DNA of 64,000 bases from Veleropilina oligotropha. Its lineage: Eukaryota. This document shows, piece by piece, positions 9,495 through 23,860 of this stretch. How positions within the stretch are numbered: position 1 is the first letter of the stretch; every line of letters starts with the position of its first letter. A program made the position numbers and the translations under genes. Where the stretch lies: contig JBEUKZ010000097.1 of the NCBI GenBank assembly GCA_048128005.1, positions 1-64,000 of the forward strand. The letters are read 5' to 3'. The notes under the pieces are model-generated. The model did no database searches, was not told the DNA's origin, and worked only from the letters and a program-made list of their open reading frames with translations.

Positions 9495-10520
9495 TGCATA
9501 CTTATTTAATAAATTAATCCATTTAGGAGCACAGGAACGCATTCATGCCATCCTAGTTGGAACACATTTAATAAATGATGTCGCTTTTGATCACATTTAT
9601 CAAATGTGCTACAACTGGACCTTATTTAAATCCTGCATTGCAATCAACTGGAAATGGACACATGTTATACAATTATAAGAATCAATGCTCCACTGCATAC
9701 TTATTCAATAAATTAATATTTAGGAGCACAGGAAAGCATTCATGCCATCCTAGTTGGAACACATTTATTAAATGTTGTCGCATTTTGATCACATTTATCA
9801 AATGTGCTACAACTGGACCTTATTTAAATGCTGCATTGAAATCAACTGGAAATGGACGCATGATATGCAAAATTTGGACCCGAATGGCACAGGGCCACCT
9901 GACGAAAACCTCACCCACGCATATTCTTAATTTGGTCCACAAGAACACCCATACAAAATTTAAAGTATCTTCGAACAGCCGTAGGGCCGCTTTAAGACAT
10001 TGAAAACTGTGGCCACGAATGGCCCAGGGCCACCTGACGAAAATAGTACAAATATGGTTGTAAAATCCTTAATATTTATGAAATTTGGCAGACACCTTCA
10101 AATACACCCATACACATACCTGCAAAGTTTGGACCCCGTGAGATGAACTGGGGCCCCGAATGGCCCAGGGCCACATCACGAAAACTCACCCACGCATTTT
10201 CTTAATTTGGTCCCCAAGAACACCCATACAAAATTTAAAGTCTCTATAACCAACCGTACGGCCGCTTGGAGACATTGTAAACTGTGTCCCGAATGGCCCC
10301 AGGCCACCTAACGAAAATAGTATAAATATCATTATAAATTCCTTAATATTGAAGATAGGGCCAGGAAATTTGGTAGACACCTTCAAATACACCCCATACA
10401 CATACCTGCAAAGTTTGGACCCCGTGAGATGAACTTGAGTCCCGAATGGCCCAGGGCCACCTGACGAAAAACTCACCCACGCATATTCTTAATTTGGTCC
10501 ACAACCCATACAAAATTGCT
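9495..10520. repeat. Composite tandem-repeat element (199-bp dimer plus ~280-bp units), probably HINE-like
   Basis: 9495 repeats at 9694. CCGAATGGCCCAGGGCCACCTGACGAAAA recurs at about 9880, 10016, 10156, 10289 and 10442. Confidence 0.65.
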
Positions 10521-10797
10521 GCTGACGAGTATAATGATGTCTATATATATATTTATTATATGCCAGTCGTTTTCTGACGCCTATTCTCGCGCAGTTTTCC
10601 GAGACCCTGTATCACAGACACAGCTGATATCGATTCAGAAAACGTCTCCTGCTTATATATTCAAAATGGCTGCCATATCGTAGGAACTAATTCCAATAGT
10701 CCTATACTATTTCAACCTACCTTACAGATTCGTGACTAAAATTACCATAATCTTTCGATTCAATTTAATAAGAAACTTGTTGTGGCATATAATAAAA

Positions 10798-10942
10798 ATG
10801 TTATCAGTTATTGTGTAAATTCTGGCACGTCGGAAACCTCGAGTGACGTCGTAGTTTTTGCGGCGGATTTATCAGCCGCAAAAACTACGAGACGTCACGA
10901 GAGGTGTCCGAGGTGCCAGAATCCACACAATACTGATGACAT
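10798..10942. repeat. ~145-bp imperfect palindrome
   Basis: ATGTTATCAGTTATTGTG...GTAGTTTTTGCGGC / GCCGCAAAAACTAC...CACAATACTGATGACAT. Confidence 0.85.
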
Positions 10943-12232
10943 CATTATATCTGCTGATTTGCAGGTTTACTTCGGATAAATAACTTAGAATTGTGCTCGA
11001 CAGCGACAATTACGGCGAATAAATTTAGTCACTTGGGTGTGGATGCGAGACATATATCAAAGTTAATTAAAATCTTATCCAGTAATACTATAGTAGGTCT
11101 GACCTGAGAAAAAACTACTAGTATTTCCAAAATATCTGAAATCTGATGAAGTTGAAGACAGACCAACAACACATTATTACCACTCAGACAACTAGTATTC
11201 GTTATAGATCATATGTATTGCAGTGTTTACCAGTTACAACAATTTTTGTCAAGTTGTGTATCATTAAAATTCAGTCTGCACCTCAATACACTTTTTCACT
11301 CGCCTGACTGCTCTGTAGAACAGAAGTGGGTTAGAAACCTCGACTGAGCACTTTGTTCAATTAACCAACACAGTTGTCCATAATTAACTGGCTAATGAAA
11401 CGACATTTCATCTGCGCTAATATGGACCTCGTCATGTCCTTATTTGACCTTGAAGTGTGTTAAAGGGTCACTTTATACCCCGTAATGCATATCAGGTTTA
11501 GGTAGCTCTCACAGTTCGGTAATATGACGTCGTTAGCTCCGACCAATTTTGACGATGCGTTCGGAAAGCCGTTCAGTTCGATTTCTAGCTCTCATGTCAT
11601 TATCAGACAGAAAAGAAGTTTACAATCGAATGCAGGCGAGTAAGCATGGTGAAACGTCCCCATATTTTCAGTATACTCTTGAAATGTTGATAGCGAGAGG
11701 CCACGTTCATGCGAAATTCATTTTTTGCACCTGTCAAGTATAATGGTGCATCTCACTATCAATATCTGTAGGTTTACAGCGGAAACTACTTCTGGAATAT
11801 GTTCAACGTGGAGAATTTAGGCCAATAAATTTAGTCACTGTGGATGCAAGACTTGAAAGTAAATTCCAGTTTATTATATATTTATAGTCCTGAGAAATAA
11901 TTAAAGATTATTTAAAAAACATCTGATCACACTTATAGATGTATTTCTAATTTGAAGCACTGTGGGTTCGAATCTTGATAGGGGCATTGACATTATTTGT
12001 TGTGTTATAAGCTTATGAATCACTGTTGACCGTAACTGGTGGAAGAGCGCGGTTTCGCCATGTGACCGGGCTTTCCTCCCACGATAATATGGACATAACT
12101 TTTCCAGTTAGGTGTGCACCACCTATATAAGTGATGTTAGATGTCCTCTCTGGATCAAAATGTTTGGCTGTCCGGATCAAAATATGTTCTTAATCAGTTG
12201 TGCTCACCTTATCAAGTTATGCAACTGTGTTG

Positions 12233-12495
12233 TGTGGCCGCTTCGGCAGCGCAGTGGGTAAGAGTGTCCACTCTAAATTCACTGGCTTGATTCCGCTAAT
12301 GCGAACAGTAGTGGGTTCAATACCTGGCAGAGGCATTGACATTTGGTCAAGTTATGAATCACAGTTGTCCATGACTGGCCGGAGAGGGCGGGTTTACCCG
12401 GGCGACCGGGGTTTCCTCCCGCGATAACACGGACATGTCCTGCCTTGAACCTCGATGTTGTAAATATACAGGACATTAAGCATCATTCCTCCTCG
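12233..12495 (+). mobile_element. tRNA-derived SINE
   Basis: A-box-like GGCAGCGCAGTGG and B-box GGTTCAATACC. Paralogous copy at 41433-41695 and partial copy at 11960-12090. Confidence 0.75.
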
Positions 12496-13179
12496 CAACT
12501 GTGTTGTGTTCTTTTATACATTATTTTATTGCACACAGCGTCAATTCATTTCATCATTCAAAGTTGATTGACCTGGTTTAAGACTCCATTCAAAGACATA
12601 ATTGCTACAGTTGAAACAAGGCATAGGGGAGAAAGGGGTGAGTTGATCAGGTAGGTCAGCTGATCCACCTCCTGATTCTCTATTAAATGTTACATCATGT
12701 AGCATATGGCGCCATCTACAAGAGAGGTAACCCATATCCAACTTGTTGACTTGTAGCAGACAGCTTTTCTCCACATGTTAAGTAAATAACCACCCATAAT
12801 GTCATTTTTTCTGTCGAAAGTAAATTTTTTGAAAACAAATGTCATCTTATACCTACACATACATGTAGTTAAATAATATTGTGTTTCATACATATCACTG
12901 ATAATATGATCTAGGCTATAGGATATAAACTGATGACCCACATTGACTTATGTAATATAAAATCAAAATGTATATGTATGTGTTCGTTGTGTGGTATGTT
13001 GAGCCAATGCTATGGGGCAATATGAGCCATGGATCAACATGCCCCACAATACACAATCAAGTGAAATTAATCAAGATGTCTATAGTCAATCATATTCCAT
13101 GCATATTAAACATTCTTTATATCAACATTATAGATGATACAATATTGTTCAGGTGCAGTTCGTTAATAATCACCTTTGA

Positions 13180-13756
13180 AATGCTGAGAATATACAAACG
13201 CAAAACAGACAGGGGTAAAACCCCTACAGGAATACATGAATGCTGTTCAGTTGGTTGTTCTTCGAAAGCTGGTTGGGTCAACGAAGACATATTTTGTACC
13301 TATTTGGAACATATCATCAGGCACATACGTTGGACCAGGGACAGACCGATCTTACTCATTTTAGATAATAATGTATCACATGTATCTCTGAGGGCGGTTG
13401 ACAATGCAAAGCAAAACGACATTGTAATGTTGACTCTACCACCCCATACATCACACAAGCTCCAGCCATTAGACTACAATAGAGCCATGGATGGATGGAT
13501 GAGATTGAACCCAGGAAAGACAATTACAATCTATGATATACCAGAGTTGGTTAACACAGCATTTGTGTCAGCCATGACGCCCAGTAACATTTTATCTGGC
13601 TTTAAATCTACGGGTATATATCCATACAATCGAGACATATTCCCTGATTCAGAATTTGCTGCATCAATGGTCACTGATAGACATGTGCCAGAAATTGCTA
13701 ACGATGACATACCACCTCGTGCATCCTCTGCCATTACTCAATCAGTAGATCCATAA
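13180..13756 (+). pseudogene. pogo-like DDE_1 transposase fragment
   Basis: MLRIYKRKTDR (HTH start) joined to SKAGWVNEDIF...PILLILDNNVSH...LPPHTSHKLQPLD...NILSGFKSTGIYPYN. The central part is deleted. Confidence 0.9.
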
Positions 13757-14261
13757 ACAAATGTTCCTGACAACCAACCTTCTTCCAGTGGCACTCAAGC
13801 TGTCGCATGTAGCAGTGATACTCACATTCTTATAGTGACACCAGCGGTTGTCCCTTGCAGCGAACCTCATGTGGCCAATGCACCAGCTACTGAATCTGAC
13901 ACGCATTCCAATGCACAAGCGATTGTGTCTCACAAACAAAATTGCCGTGATATGGTGCTAAATGGCACCCCAAACATTAATCCTGATCTGAATGCAGGAT
14001 ATGTTTCTGCCTTTTCCAAAAGCTACTCCAAGAATAATAAGAGGAAATCTAAAGCGAGGGGAACCAACGAATTTAACAGATACGCCAGAAAAGTAAAAAA
14101 TAGAGAGAGCCTTTAAGGAGTGTGAAATGAAAAGACAAGCCATCGCCGATAAAAGGTCTGTAAAAATTGTTAAAAGAATTCAAGGTTTATCGCAGCATAA
14201 CAATAAACCGAAGAACAAGCAAACAAGATGTCGGAAAGCTATTCCAATGGAGTCCAGTTCA

Positions 14262-16893
14262 TCAGACACATGCAGTAGTGGATCAGACACAGGCAGTAGT
14301 GGATCAGACACAGGCAATAGTGGATCAGACACAGGCAGTAGTGGATCAGACACAGGCAGTAGTGGATCAGACACAGGCAGTAGTGGATAAGACACAGGCA
14401 GTAGTGGATCAGACACAGGCAGTAGTGGATCAGACACAGGCAGTAGTGGATCAGACACAGGCAGTAGTGGATCAGACACAGGCAGTAGTGGATCAGACAC
14501 AGGCAGTAGTGGATCAGACACAGGCAGTAGTGGATCAGACACAGGCAGTAGTGGATCAGACACAGGCAGTAGTGGATAAGACACAGGCAGTAGTGGATCA
14601 GACACAGGCAGTAGTGGATCAGACACAGGCAGTAGTGGATCAGACACAGGCAGTAGTGGATCAGACACAGGCAGTAGTGGATCAGACACAGGCAGTAGTG
14701 GATCAGACACAGGCAGTAGTGGATCAGACACAGGCAGTAGTGGATCAGACACAGGCAGTAGTGGATCAGACACAAGCAGTAGTGGATCAGACACAAGCAG
14801 TAGTGGATCAGACACAGGCAGTAGTGGATCAGACACAGGCAGTAGTGGATCAGACACAGGCAGTAGTGGATCAGACACAGGCAGTAGTGGATCAGACACA
14901 GGCAGTAGTGGATCAGACACAGGCAGTAGTGGATCAGACACAGGCAGTAGTGGATCAGACACAAGCAGTAGTGGATCAGACACAGGCAGTAGTGGATCAG
15001 ACACAGGCAGTAGTGGATCAGACACAGGCAGTAGTGGATCAGACACAGGCAGTAGTGGATCAGACACAAGCAGTAGTGGATCAGACACAGGCAGTAGTGG
15101 ATCAGACACAGGCAGTAGTGGATCAGGCACAGGCAGTAGTGGATCAGACACAGGCAGTAGTGGATCAGAAACAGGCAGTAGTGGATCAGACACAGGCAGT
15201 AGTGGATCAGACACAGGCAGTAGTGGATCAGACACAGGCAGTAGTGGATCAGTCACAAGCAGTAGTGGATCAGACACAGGCAGTAGTGGATCAGACACAG
15301 GCAGTAGTGGATCAGACACAGGCAGTAGTGGATCAGACACAGGCAGTAGTGGATCAGACACAGGCAGTAGTGGATCAGACACAGGCAGTAGTGGATCAGA
15401 CACAGGCAGTAGTGGATCAGACACAGGCAGTAGTGGATCAGACACAGGCAGTAGTGGATCAGACACAGGCAGTAGTGGATCAGACACTGGCAGTAGTGGA
15501 CCAGACACAGGCATTAGTGGCTCAGACACAGGCAGTAGTGGATCAGACACAGGCAGTAGTGGATCAGACACAGGCAGTAGTGGATCAGACACAGGCAGTA
15601 GTGGATCAGACACAGGCGGTAGTGGATCAGACACAGGCAGTAGTGGATCAGACACAGGCAGTAGTGGATCAGACACAGGCAGTAGTGGATCAGACACAGG
15701 CAGTAGTGGATCAGACACGGGCAGTAGTGGATCAGACACGGGCAGTAGTGGATCAGACACAGGCAGTAGTGGATCAGACACGGGCAGTAGTGGATCAGAC
15801 ACAGGCAGTAGTGGATCAGACACAGGCAGTAGTGGATCAGACACGGGCAGTAGTGGATCAGACACAGGCAGTAGTGGACCAGACACAGGCAGTAGTGGAT
15901 CAGACACAAGCAGTAGTGGATCAGACACAAGCAGTAGTGGATCAGACACAGGCAGTAGTGGATCAGACACAGGCAGTAGTGGATCAGACACAGGCAGTAG
16001 TGGATCAGACACGGGCAGTAGTGGATCAGACACAGGCAGTAGTGGATCAGACACAGGCAGTAGTGGATCAGACACAGGCAGTAGTGGATCAGACACAGGC
16101 AGTAGTGGATCAGACACAGGCAGTAGTGGATCAGACACAGGCAGTAGTGGATCAGACACAGGCAGTAGTGGATAAGACACAGGCAGCAGTGGATCAGACA
16201 CAGGCAGTAGTGGATCAGACACAGGCAGTAGTGGATCAGACACAGGCAGTAGTGGATCAGACACAGGCAGTAGTGGATCAGACACGGGCAGTAGTGGATC
16301 AGACACAGGCAGTAGTGGATCAGACACAGGCAGTAGTGGATCAGACACAGGCAGTAGTGGATCAGACACGGGCAGTAGTGGATCAGACACAGGCAGTAGT
16401 GGATCAGACACAGGCAGTAGTGGATCAGACACAGGCAGTAGTGGATCAGACACAGGCAGTAGTGGATCAGACACAGGCAGTAGTGGATCAGCCACAGGCA
16501 GTAGTGGATCAGACACAGGCAGTAGTGGATCAGACACAGGCAGTAGTGGATCAGACACAGGCAGTAGTGGATCAGACACAGGCAGTAGTGGACCAGACAC
16601 AGGCAGTAGTGGATCAGACACAGGCAGTAGTGGATCAGACACAGGCAGTAGTGGATCAGACACAGGCAGTAGTGGATCAGACACAGGCAGTAGTGGATCA
16701 GACACAGGCAGTAGTGGATCAGACACAGTCAGTAGTGGATAAGACACAGGCAGTAGTGGATCAGACACAGGCAGTAGTGGATCAGACACAGGCAGTGGTG
16801 GATCAGACACAGGCAGTAGTGGATCAGACACAGGCAGTAGTGGATCAGACACAGGCAGTAGTGGATCAGACACAGGCAGTAGTGGATCAGACG
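14262..16893 (+). repeat. 21-bp minisatellite (CAGACACAGGCAGTAGTGGAT), ~125 copies
   Basis: Near-perfect tandem array inside the pogo-like element. Confidence 0.98.
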
Positions 16894-17185
16894 ATGATGA
16901 AGAATGTGAGCATTGTCTGGATGAGCTAGATACAAGTGGAAGTGATACCATGGCTGGTGATAACTACGAACTGGGAGATTACGTGTTAGTCAAATTTCTC
17001 GGGAAATCAAAAGTACATTGCTACATTGGTGTAATAGAGGGAATCGATGGTGGGGATTTTGAGGGCGAGTTAATCAGAAAGAGACAAAAAGTCTCGATAG
17101 AAGGGAAACCAACTTTTTCCTTTGCAAAAGAGGACGAATGTTCTTCCCCTGGCGTAGATATTATTTAGAAGCTGCCATTGCCCTT
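16894..17185 (+). pseudogene. C-terminal tail of the pogo-like transposase
   Basis: DDEECEHC...YELGDYVLVKF...CYIGVIEGID...FSF...EDEC...DII*KLPLP, a tail typical of invertebrate pogo-like transposases. Confidence 0.6.
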
Positions 17186-18927
17186 TACTGTTGAAATACA
17201 CAATTCACTTTCCCATGTAATTTGGATAGATGGACCATTGAATAGGATGAACTCTTGTTCAGTAGCCTTAATTAAGTGACACAATGTTAAAGCATCAATG
17301 TGCTAATAGCATGTAGTATCTGTCAGTTAACCATGTAGTTTTTGTTACTATACAATGAGTACAAACATTATAATATGTGTTCAATGTAACTGTGTTCAAT
17401 AACAAGTGAAAATAAAACATTGGTTGTATTTACTACACATGGCTCAACTTACCTGACCCCTTGGTTCAACATTACCCACACTGCAGGAGAGTTGTGCCAA
17501 AATGTTAATCTTTACCGATGAATTACTATAATACCTAGAAAACTCCAATGTCTGTTTATATACCATAACATGGTGGTATATATACTTTATAATTGCACAC
17601 TTCAATTTAGTGGATAACATCTGATTGTGATTCAGCAGAAACCAAAATGTAAAAAATGTCTCAACTCTCCCCACTCTCCCCTACTAATTTTATTAACATA
17701 TTTATCATAATGAGACATATCCATATTATTACAGATTGTAACTGAAAATTATCAGATGAAACTTAAACCCTATTCATTAATACACTGTACATTCAAAGTG
17801 TCTTTTATGAAAATCTTAAGTAATAACGGTAAACCAGGTACCATAAATAGGCAAGAAGACTTTACCTTAGTTGAAGACATTATAAGCTATGTCATGACGT
17901 ACAGACAAAATTCTTAATAATTTAATGCCACAAATTCAACCCAAATACTCCAATGTCAGAATGTCTATTCACCATGCGGCTGTCTTATTACCTCTGCTTT
18001 TATGATTCAAGAGATAAATGGATGCAATGATGCTTAATTCTTTGTCCTCTGGTGGCAGAAAATCCTGCCCAATTCTCATTGAGTTACTGAACACACAGCA
18101 GGCAAAGAGTTAAGGACCACATGAACAATTTTTCATCCATAATGAGGAAGATCAACATTTAGAGATTAATTAAATGGATTTTAATTTATTTGTATTAATG
18201 CTAAATACCCCATTTAACACCATTCAGGTTCACACCAGGTCATGTCCATGTTGTCGCCAGAGAAAAGCTCGGTTGCCCGAGAAATCTGGCCTTCACTGGT
18301 CAGTTATGGACAACTGTTACTGTTGACCCCACATAGAGTCGAACAAACGATTTTGTTTGGTTTCGTTTGGTTTGGATAGATTCTTATTGCCTCACATTTA
18401 ACAATTTTCATATCATGACATGCGCACATTATTAACGCCCGGAAAGACCTGTTCTTACCAGACTGAATTCATCAAAGAGTCCTGATCATGTTAGACAGAA
18501 AAGTCAAACGAGTGAATTCAGACTTTAAGCTCTTATCTGCTCAGCTACCTGTGCAGCCGTCGAGGATTCACTCAGTGAAGTCATTGCCATCAATAATTAA
18601 TTTAGTACACTCATGCATTTTGGACCAATGTTTTCTTTCGAGTACCAGTACAGGTGTAACTTTGATAAATTGGATGCTGGGTGCAATTGGGGATGGCGAC
18701 GGTCATGGGAAAATACCACGAAAAAAGTATATGATGATGTATGCGGTGACCACCAGATTTTAAAGAAGTCTATGGGAAATTGGGCCGTCACTGGTCAGTC
18801 ATGGACAACTGTTACTGTTGACTTCACACGTGTTGAACAGAGGATTTTGTTTGGTTTGGATCGATTCTTAGTGTCCCTCTTTTAAAGTTCACAAAAGGAC
18901 ATGCTCATGTTCTCATAAAGCCCAGTC

Positions 18928-19468
18928 GCTCAGGGAAACCTGCCCTCACTGGTCAGTTATGAACATTGTAACTGTTAACCCCACAAAGTATCGAGTAGCT
19001 CAGGGAAACCTGCCCTCACTGGTCAATTATGAACATTGTAACTGTTAACCCCACAAAGTATCGAGTAGCTCAGGGAAACCTGCCCTCACTGGTCAGTTAT
19101 GAACATTGTAACTGTTAACCCCACAAAGTATCGAGTAGCTCAGGGAAACCTACCCTCACTGGTCAGTTATGAAAATTGTAACTGTTAACCCCACAAAGTA
19201 TCGAGTAGCTCAGGGAAACCTGCCCTCACTGGTCAGTTATGAACATTGTAACTGTTAACCCCACAAAGTATCGAGTAGCTCAGGGAAACCTGCCCTCACT
19301 GGTCAGTTATGAAAATTGTAACTGTTAACCCCACAAAGTATCGAGTAGCTCAGGGAAACCTGCCCTCACTGGTCAGTTATGAACATTGTAACTGTTAACC
19401 CCACAAAGTATCGAGTAGCTCAGGGAAACCTGCCCTCACTGGTCATTTATGAACATTGTAACTGTTAA
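18928..19468. repeat. 70-bp tandem array, ~7.7 copies, derived from SINE body
   Basis: Units start at 18928, 18998, 19068 and so on. GGAAACCTGCCCTCACTGGTCAGTTATG is the reverse complement of the body of the SINE at 12233 and 41433. Confidence 0.9.
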
Positions 19469-19569
19469 ACCCAAGTTTTCAAGTTCATATCACGACATGT
19501 GAATATTATCGCCTGGGAAGACCCGTCTTCAACGGACTGAATTGAACAGAGAGTGAGCCGACCGCCGAT

Positions 19570-21466
19570 GAAGACCTCCACAATCATGGCATTAATGATT
19601 ACCCATGCATAAGTATGCCAAATCCCTTGGCAGCGCCGGGTGGAAGCGCACCGTGACCAACATCGTCTCGATACCTTCGATCGTGGCATGAAAATGCATT
19701 AATAAACCATGTAAATTACAATATAGGCACAATTCGATGAAAATTGTTAATATTAATTTACCATTTAATGTTTAGTTACTTTTACTCTTTTCTAAGTTGA
19801 TTTGTCCATGTTTCTTGGTGCTACAAGTTGCGGGTTATCGTGCCCGTTTAAGGACCACATCAACAAAATAACATATCAACAATTTTGCATTCATAATGAG
19901 GTAGATCAACGTTGAGAGATTACTTAATTATATTTGAATTTATTTGTATTAATGCTAAATATCCCAAGTAACACCATTCAGGTTTATACCAGGTCATGTC
20001 CATATTGTGGCCAGAGAAAAGCCTGGTCGCCCGAGAAATCCGGCTTTTACTGATCAGTTATGGACAACTGTTACTGTTGACTCCACCAAGTGTCGAGCAG
20101 AGGAGAGGATTGGATATATTGTTTTAACGATGTTAAATTAACACAGGAATTATTAATACGAGGAAACACAGTCGCCCAGGAAAAACTGCTCTCACTTGTC
20201 AGTTTTGACAAAGTCCCCCGACGATACGTCACAAAATAAAAAAATATCTAAATCGCCAGGTAGACGCCACACATATTGATTGCTCTATGTTATATATGGC
20301 AATTTCGATATTTTTATTTTATTTTATGACGTATCGTCGGGGGACTGTGGTTATGGACATCTGTCTTTACGTGTTAACACAACAAATAATTGAGTCGAGG
20401 TATATTTGGTTTGGATAGATGTTTAATGTCCACTTTTTAAAAAAAATTCAAGTTCATATCATGACATATTATCGTCTGGGAAAACCTGCGTTCGCCGAAC
20501 TGAACAAATAGTGCTCCGCCGAGGATTCAAACATGCTCCTGATATTCTGTATTGACAATGATTGAGCCGAGTTGAGTCTGCATATGCCATTACGCAGAAA
20601 CTACCAGGATATATCAGTTTGCTTTCAGTACAAAAGTTTCCATTCATTCACGCATTCGATAACTGCGTCACTATGCTTTAAAAACTCAGAGTAATCCTGT
20701 TTGCGTACAATAAATGCAAAGACAGAAGAATTTTAATCCAACACGTGGATTTGTTTACAAACATGCACGCCCTTTTTGGATCATTACAGTACGGATGTGC
20801 TGATTGGACTATATTTATAAAGGTTATAAGTCCGACACGGTCATTGGATAAAATCAAGCTATATCGTGACCTATATACAATTAAAATACCGATAATTAAT
20901 TGCCGTTTTAGCAAAATTCAGAAGTGGAAACAAGTGTTTACGATTATAATAAGCTATTTTGAATATTGCGGCCAAATTTCATCGAGTACCCCGGATTAGA
21001 CTACGAAATGGGGCTTGGCCCACGGCCTACACGTTCTCGACTACCTACCAAGACCGCATAATATTATACCTATATATGAGACTTCGACCATGTCATACCC
21101 GGCCGGGGGCCATTCGTGGGCTACCAAATCCATAGAAATCATCACTAAAGACCTCCACAATCATGATATCACCGATGCTGAAATATGCAAAGTGCCCTGA
21201 CCGCGCACTGTGACCAAAATATCGTCTCAATGCCTACGCTTCGATTGAGGCATGAAAATTCAGCAATAGTTCCATATAACTTAAAATATATAGGCCTAAC
21301 TCAATGACATTGGCTATATTAATTAAAAATTTAGCAATTAACTGCACGACAAGTCGCGAAACTATCGCACGCTAGAGGAAGAATTCTATAAATAGTCCCA
21401 GCCTCGTTCGAGAAAATCTAACTGCAGTGATTTTCCTTGATCTTAGTGTATACAGTGCCCCTTTAA
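19570..21466 (-). mobile_element. Composite repeat ending in a Kolobok-like CCCCTTTAA terminus; inverted paralog at 55203-59490
   Basis: Colinear reverse-complement similarity to 57540-59490 and 55203-55298. Internal direct repeat 19570-19850 / 21145-21466. Confidence 0.7.
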
Positions 21467-22814
21467 ACCGGGTGTCCCGACTGCGATAAGGCTGAAAAAT
21501 CACGGAAACCTTATTGTTATTGTAAAGATTATTAAGGCTTCCGTAGGTAAAGCATTGAAGCCTTATTGTGTTATTGTTATTGTGTGGACTTCCTGTCTAT
21601 TGCAAATAGTATTATTATTATTTTTCCAGCTGTTAAAAACATCAATAACTAAAAAACTACGCAAAGAACATATTTCAAATTTTCAGGTGTTGTAATGGAC
21701 TGTGTAAGTAATTTGGATCTCATTGGTCAAACATTTTGACATATTCAAATCTTCTCCTCAAAAACCGCTAAGCCGACTATAGTAGAATCTTGGAAACCAA
21801 ATCCGTATACTATGGCGATGTCATGGTATTATTTTCGTAGCGGTACAGTGCACAAGATGGCTACCAGACGAATTTAAAGTTTTGAAATTTCGGGGTTAGT
21901 TTTTATTTTCGTCACACCCAAATAAAGTGTGTAATTTCGTATTGCAAAATGTAGTTCTAATGAAATTATTTTGACAAGTGACAGAGTGGGACATTATCAA
22001 CAACTTTCTCGCGTTATGTTTGATGTCAGTGAAACTTTATAACCGTAAGTTTTGATTCTCTAGATTAAAATATTTGAACTGGTTGCGATATTTCGAATAA
22101 ATATTTGCTTACATATTAAACATAATATATGTCTTAATAATAATTGACGATAAATTGCATTTTAAATATATAAAATTAAAGAATAATTGTCATATAGAAT
22201 TTTAAATCTGGACATATTTCATGTCCAGGTACACTGAATTTCACATATGCAATTTTAAGATTAGCTAGTGTCCATCATAATAATGAATATGTCCGCCAAT
22301 TCCACATATATGCGTATTTCATTTGTGTTCGTTGTTTACGAGCCGGAGATTGCCGACTAATCCCGAAACGTTCATCGTTACATAATCGACAACACCGCGT
22401 TGAATCCGTGCGTTTGGTTGTGTCTCTGGCGATTTTGATATTAGCGCTGACTGTTTTGAACGGTTTAGTAAATCTTAGGTGCAAAAGTTTGCGTTGTTAT
22501 GAGTTGCGTTCATCGGGAACGTGCACATCTCGGTCGCAGCTTACGTTTGACTAAATATACGCTCAAAATATTAGTTCTGGTATCGGGTAGGCGTAACATG
22601 GTCGTACGTTGGTAAATACTCACATTAATGAATCGTCATCGGCTTAGTCAATACAATATTTAAGATGGTAGTTGTATGTAAAGTAGTTACGGCCTCACAA
22701 GCAAACTTGTATGATTTAGAAACATTATAGACCTATAATTATGTTACCGATTTACCGACAGAGATTAACCAATGATATTTTCCTGTCATTAATTCGCCTA
22801 TTTATTATTTATTG

Positions 22815-23860
22815 GGACGTTCAATGCGCGTTTTGTGGGCGAATAGTGGGGCGTTTTGTGTGGCGTTTAGTGGGGCGTTTATTTGGCGCTTAGAGTGGCG
22901 TTTAGTGTAGGGTTTAATGGGTCGTTTAGTAGACGTTAAAGTGGGACCATTAGTGCGGCGTTTAATGCGGTGTTTATTGTGCCGCTTAGTGGGTGTTTAG
23001 TGCGGCGGTTATTGGGGCGTTTAATGCGACGTTTAGTGCGACGTTTCGTGCGACGCTTATTGCGACATTTAGTGCGACGTTTAGTGCGACTTTTAGTGCG
23101 ACGTTTAGTGCGACGTTAGTGGGACGCTGAGTGGGACGATTAGTGCGACGTTTAGTGCGACGTTTAGTGTAGCGTTTCGTGCGACGTTTGGTGCGACGTT
23201 TACAGCGACGTTTAGCGCGACGTTTTGTTCGACGTTTAGTGCGACGTTTAGTGCGACGTTTAGCGCGACGTTTAGTGCGACGTTTCGTGCGGCATTTCGT
23301 GCGGCGGATCGTGCGGCGTATAGTGCGGCGTTTAGCGTGGCGTTTCGTGCGGCGTTTCGTGCGGCGTTTCGTGCGGCGTTTCGTGCAGCGTTTCGTGGGG
23401 CGTTTACTGTGGCGTTTAGTGTAAACGCCCGTGCAAACTCACGTGTGAGCGCCCGTGTAAATGCCCCAGTAAACGCGTTTAGTGGGCATTTAGTGGGCAT
23501 TTAGTGGGGAATTTATTGGGCATTTAGTGTGACGTTTAGTTGGGCGTTTAGTGTGACGTTTCCTGTGACGTTTAGTGCGACGTTTATTGCGACATTTAGT
23601 GCGACGTTTAGTGCGACGTTTAGCGCAACGTTTAGTGCGACGTTTCGTGCGGCGTTTCGTTCGGCGTTTAGAGCGGCGTTTACTGCGGTGTTTACTGCGG
23701 CGTTTCGTGTGGCGTTTCATGCGGCGTTTCGCGTGGGGTTTCGCGCGGAGTTACGTGTGGCGTTTCGTGTGGCGTTTAGCGTCTAGTTTAGTGTTCACGC
23801 CAGTGTAAACGCCCCAGAAAACGCCCCCAGTAAATGCATTTAGTGGAGCATTTAGTGGGT
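22815..23860. repeat. 12-bp degenerate minisatellite (TTTAGTGCGACG)
   Basis: Directly visible tandem periodicity. Confidence 0.95.

Larger units (their letters stand above)
12626..17681 (+). mobile_element. pogo/Fot1-like (Tc1/mariner superfamily, DDE_1) DNA transposon, internally deleted
   Basis: TA|GGGGAGAAAGGGGTGAGTTGA ... TCAACTCTCCCCACTCTCCCC|TA (TIRs plus TA TSD) enclose a transposase remnant. Confidence 0.85.

Noticed and set aside
14167..16951. 920-aa and 923-aa ORFs (QTQAVVD)n and (VSDPLLP)n
   Set aside because: These are stop-free frames of a 21-bp minisatellite. The biologically relevant frame is the transposase linker frame.
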